A DNA stretch of 64,000 nucleotides, taken from NCBI GenBank assembly GCA_001643675.2, contig LSRY02000006.1:620001-684000 (forward strand). Direction: 5' to 3'. The first letter of the stretch is position 1; each line of letters opens with the position of its first letter. A model generated the notes under the pieces. The model saw only the letters and a program-made list of their open reading frames with translations, did no database searches and was not told the origin of the DNA. Origin of the DNA: Monocercomonoides exilis PA203. Its lineage: Eukaryota > Protista > Preaxostyla. Position numbers and translations under genes: made by a program. Shown here in pieces: positions 60,701 through 64,000 of the stretch.

Positions 60701-63700
60701 TGCATCCAACGAAGTGCACGGACCGCTCAGGCTGCCGCATTGTCTGTTATTTGTGTTATTACTCGAAACGCTAGAGACAAAAATTGTTTCGCTTCTGAAC
60801 AAAATAACTCTTGGAAGTAAGTCTTGTTCATCTTCGTAAGATTCTCTGGTACAGCCCCATATCGAGAGCTCTTTGCTGCTTATTCTTCGAAAATCAAGCT
60901 GGAACTGCCCCTCATCAATTTGAGTTTCAATGTTTTGACATTTAATAAAAAAATCAAAGCCACGATATGCTCTGTTTCCAGATAATGTTATATTAGAAAA
61001 TACAAATTGCAAAGGATGATTATCGTCGGTTTTTCCGATTAGAAACATTCCGCCTCCTCTTCCAGAATATGATACAAAGCATTCTACAATTGTGGAATTG
61101 GCACAAACAATCTTAAAGTTCTCGTGGAGTTCCAGCAGCATGCAACCGCCTTTTTGTGAAACTGTCGAACCACAATCTTGGAACGTTGAGTTTACGATAA
61201 TTATTCCGTTGTTTCTTCGTTTTCCTGCCTGGATGGCAGACGGATTATCAGAGAAATTTTGGTGGATGCGAAGAAATTTGCATGAAGAAAAGCAAATGTT
61301 GCAATTTTCTTCTCCAACGAAATTGGAATGATCATTTTCGACTTCATCGCTCAAAATGAATGCACTTTTCGAAGAAAGTTTAACATCTTCAATATTCGCA
61401 TTTTGTATTTCAACGAAAGCAGAAGGAGAAAAATCGAAAAGGGGAACTGACGAGGAAATGGCAGTGAATGAGGTCTGATAAAGAGTCAGCCATCCTTTTT
61501 TGACCACAAAAAGCTCAAAATGAAGCGATGTGGAATCCGCTTCGAGCTGTACAAATTCGCATTCTTCGATTGTTAAATGACTCATATCTTCTTTCAGTGA
61601 AATAAAGGCAATTGCTTCATTGCTAAAAGCGTTCGGGAATTCGATATTCACTGATTTGATAGAAGAGTGAGCATCTACACTAATCACGTTGTGCGTATTT
61701 CCATCCAAGGCTCGTTCGCAAACTAAATGCGACACATCTTCTCCTACAGAAGCAACTTTTGTGGCATTCAAAATAACTTCACAATTCAGAATTGCTTCGT
61801 CAAATATTGAAAGAGATTTATTCTCTTTTCCTGCTATTCTCTGAAGTGAATAGTCAAATGAATGGCACGGGTAAATATCAAATCCGCAAGCTTTCATATC
61901 AGCTCCATTTGATGATACAAATGCCAAAGATCCTATTTGCATCCAATAAATCACCAAAGGAATTATATATTCTTCATCTTCTCCGTCACATCCCTCCAAT
62001 GACTCTTTTGTGAGCGTCTCCATCATGTTGGCAACAAATGGCAAAGTTTCATTTGTGATACTCCGTGGCAAATCGACAGCTTTGATGAAAACATCGTTGC
62101 CATATTTTGCTTTGTTTGGAGATTGTGGAGGAAAGAGTGGAGCAGAAATGCAAAAGCATGAATTTGAAGAGACGAGATTGAAGTATATTCCACCTCCGTA
62201 CCCGGAAGTTTGATCTCCATTTGGCGCGATGCAATTGCTAAATTGGCACTCGCTTATGAAAACAGATGAATGCTCATCAATAGAGCAGAACATACCGCCA
62301 CCTCCAGCATCTTTTTCTTCGACGTTGCATTTGTCAAAATTACATTTGCTAACTTTTGTGCTTCGAAGTTCAGATTCAACACTATCACTGCTGACGAAAT
62401 GAAGGCAACCTCCCATCCCTTTCACCCTGGAAATTGTTGAAAAATTGCATTCTGTGATATTAATTTCATTACCATTCACAACGCTAATCAAATTTCCAGT
62501 TGAAATTTTAAGAGATTCAAAGTAACAGAAGCTCATTTGTATTGAAGCATCACCGTTCGATCCATTCGCAGAAAATACAGCGCCTGTGTTGACAGTTCCA
62601 TGACGAAATTGGAATTCAGATATGAGAAGCTTCCCTCCTTCTACGCTTCCGAAAACAAAAGAAATGTATTCTTCTTTCAACTGGATGGCACACCTATTCA
62701 AGCTTAATGAATCCGAAAGGCATAAAAATATCAATGAATGAGATATAAGATTTTGTGGAAGCAAAAAGGTTATTCCTTCAAAGGATGTTGACTTTTGAGA
62801 TGTTATCAGAGCATTTCTTTTATTGATTGTTGTATCCGTGATTGGACAGGCTATTGAATCTTCCATGCTACCAATTGTATACTCTTTCTGAGAGAAGAAA
62901 AGCTCTTCTTGAATGCAAAATGAAGGATGCAAAATCAAATTTTTCGTTATATTGGCAAAGCGTTGTTTCAATGCAGCCAAGATGGACGAACAAGGATATG
63001 TTTCACTTCCGCAGCTGGAAAAGTCCCAAGCTCCAATTCCACCAACATAAATGACAGAAGAATAATTATCCCACAGATAAAGCACCAAAGGAATTGTAAA
63101 AGCGTTGTTGCTTGTCGACCGCTCGTATCCATTGAGGCGAGTGAAATCATTTAAATCGGGATTGGAAGAAATGGAATCAACACTGACAACTTGAGAGAGA
63201 TCATCAGCAACAAGAAACAAATCTTTTCCTTTTGTGCCTTGGCATTGATCGAATAACAATTCATTTAGAACAAATGACGAAGCATTCGATCCAACTTGCA
63301 AGAAAATTCCTCCACCACATCCAGCATTTGTCACAGTGGTAGCTGTTGCAACACACTTCACAATGGAAGTTAAAAGTTGCTCTGAGTCCGTGTTCACACA
63401 ATGCTTTGAAGATAAAGAACTAGCATTTCCAATAAAAAAAGAAGAAGCTCCACTCATTGCTATCCACAGGCCTCCTCCATCTCCATTCAAACTCTTGCAC
63501 TCGGAAATGGTGCCTCCAATTATCTCTAATTTTCCTCCTTCTTCCAAAGTGCACATGATTGAACCACCTTTTGAGTTTTTCTTTTCAAAGCCAGTGATTG
63601 TGTTGTTTGTTAGCTCTATCAAAAAAGGAGCATTTGCGAAGATTGCTCCAAGAGAGAGATCTTTATTGTCCTGAGAATCTGTTGAAGCACTTAACATCGA

Positions 63701-64000
63701 ATTCATCAGCCTGAATGTGACCTTCCTTGAAACAGAAAAGATATGAGATGATAATCTTGACGACACTTTTTCTATGTGAACAGAAGAGAAAGAACAGACT
63801 GAATTTTGGCCATTGAAAACAAATAATGGATTACTTCCAAAAAGTAAGGATGTTGATTTAAAAAAAGAAACGTTGAGTAATCCTGCATCAATTTCTAGAA
63901 ACGAAAAGGTCATGATGGAGTCAGGATCTTTTGCGCTGATTGAACAAGAAATGATCTCAAGAAGAGGAGATGATGACTTCATGAACAATTGATGAAATGG
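57731..64000 (-). CDS. Second giant type-I membrane receptor-like pseudokinase (5' part beyond window)
   Basis: ORF of more than 2,085 codons running to the window edge. Same CG...PC modules and GGG(I/L/M) motifs as 5281..17574, TM LWVVIVIILCILLLVLFVAIVFIV-RWRK, and a cytoplasmic tail nearly identical to that gene. Confidence 0.9.
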   Translation of the reverse strand, partial: PFHQLFMKSSSPLLEIISCSISAKDPDSIMTFSFLEIDAGLLNVSFFKSTSLLFGSNPLFVFNGQNSVCSFSSVHIEKVSSRLSSHIFSVSRKVTFRLMNSMLSASTDSQDNKDLSLGAIFANAPFLIELTNNTITGFEKKNSKGGSIMCTLEEGGKLEIIGGTISECKSLNGDGGGLWIAMSGASSFFIGNASSLSSKHCVNTDSEQLLTSIVKCVATATTVTNAGCGGGIFLQVGSNASSFVLNELLFDQCQGTKGKDLFLVADDLSQVVSVDSISSNPDLNDFTRLNGYERSTSNNAFTIPLVLYLWDNYSSVIYVGGIGAWDFSSCGSETYPCSSILAALKQRFANITKNLILHPSFCIQEELFFSQKEYTIGSMEDSIACPITDTTINKRNALITSQKSTSFEGITFLLPQNLISHSLIFLCLSDSLSLNRCAIQLKEEYISFVFGSVEGGKLLISEFQFRHGTVNTGAVFSANGSNGDASIQMSFCYFESLKISTGNLISVVNGNEINITECNFSTISRVKGMGGCLHFVSSDSVESELRSTKVSKCNFDKCNVEEKDAGGGGMFCSIDEHSSVFISECQFSNCIAPNGDQTSGYGGGIYFNLVSSNSCFCISAPLFPPQSPNKAKYGNDVFIKAVDLPRSITNETLPFVANMMETLTKESLEGCDGEDEEYIIPLVIYWMQIGSLAFVSSNGADMKACGFDIYPCHSFDYSLQRIAGKENKSLSIFDEAILNCEVILNATKVASVGEDVSHLVCERALDGNTHNVISVDAHSSIKSVNIEFPNAFSNEAIAFISLKEDMSHLTIEECEFVQLEADSTSLHFELFVVKKGWLTLYQTSFTAISSSVPLFDFSPSAFVEIQNANIEDVKLSSKSAFILSDEVENDHSNFVGEENCNICFSSCKFLRIHQNFSDNPSAIQAGKRRNNGIIIVNSTFQDCGSTVSQKGGCMLLELHENFKIVCANSTIVECFVSYSGRGGGMFLIGKTDDNHPLQFVFSNITLSGNRAYRGFDFFIKCQNIETQIDEGQFQLDFRRISSKELSIWGCTRESYEDEQDLLPRVILFRSETIFVSSVSSNNTNNRQCGSLSGPCTSLDAGISHIIPTKYSQLLIVEETNLQSATSIISVLIRTLDHPKKAIIHFINTIECENNSLITSYDKVKLEYLSFIFNPSFCSDTKALIGQMNGTLTISFLLFSVEPNDSIHVKNDLSFNIISVDCGSLLLESCEFSFLRLARPMILISPNAKARIEDSLVHDIASQKSLLAFKNSLVVTVRNLNVSRIQLQEGTCCEFALSNDSKAILSCLFFENITTSSDVASSIMVNDNEAPELSMDNCSFRDCISHLEKGSIASFSLCKNVTVSYCSFEGPNSVVDSSIQNTKSDAICKWNGSLVDFSSSDMYMKEAKIENSPKGGMSLSGGNATIEKGEFSGNNANIEGYSSARRNILCFNAQKLGLVDTKEGGIANDNKLQWIINDGCDLVGSGFEKGWGLFMPIFEDIKIEDFGEWTKLRFFGKMFHPCNLSFQVISSKGEENQIETYEFGEEGYLTEKEAEGIVGSNLIKEAEDEAEVLVRLKYGFKKSPLYTDCVVIKNRTGLRENTDSNILKGEAKTSSLWVVIVIILCILLLVLFVAIVFIVRWRKQKRRTEELEIIVEDTVKKEPKAFEMVTMEMSPEEQWRRAEREAEKKNDERMKKRIYDTNMQHSESSEHLLSESGSTEYILGRDSDKIPQWMLEKVEEEETRKRTPSPSISSTSTADSDSTFVRGEDLCPTTSSMSNLVDAMACSSPHEKLIVDLRDSLFMLLHGRNKTKEMPIGTLQEREQTAAQILFWVANGALHSFDEMENPLQSLSNLSPHIVLFSEHMVICIVMHSDLLSDDDSDSSPISSSTVVTSASDDDDDSLPSSAFEDEDDFKKECLRWKAPELLINKKMGATKESVSFSIGMMLWECLTLQIPFGDYEAEVAGQKIVNGERPSEVPIHESELGEIIKKCWKSQRSFRISLDDLKRELFLHFPAGAVILTMSDAIDQEDDTENEVNKTNDEAQFISESLETFSQNSSKRIKEKRKQLSYEKMKDAIEKNEKKQKEIIT

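Noticed and set aside
1-64000. tRNA, rRNA or snRNA genes
   Set aside because: None recognised by eye. A tRNAscan-SE/Infernal run is needed to exclude them.

Overview
AT-rich eukaryotic genomic DNA with compact genes, short GT-AG introns (often GTTT donors) and the standard code. Gene content and style suggest an oxymonad protist such as Monocercomonoides (inference). Host genes: the 3' end of a Ser-rich gene, a 3-exon U1/matrin-type zinc-finger gene, two giant type-I membrane proteins with beta-helix-like ectodomain repeats and a nearly identical tyrosine-kinase-like pseudokinase tail, a 9-exon TMX3-like thioredoxin membrane protein that needs a 4-nt micro-exon, a short oxysterol-binding protein, and a hypothetical protein. 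There is also a ~4,840-aa NOT1/CNOT1 homologue that appears to be spliced in frame to an N-terminal NEK-like pseudokinase. Mobile DNA: a decayed IS5/Harbinger-type (DDE_Tnp_4) transposase, and an ~11.9-kb segment (21025-32903) bounded by 40-bp inverted repeats. That segment holds an apparently intact, intron-containing Sola2-like transposase at one end, a dead pogo (DDE_1) transposase at the other, and ~5 kb of decayed unknown coding sequence between them. All exon models and family assignments were made by eye, not by computation.
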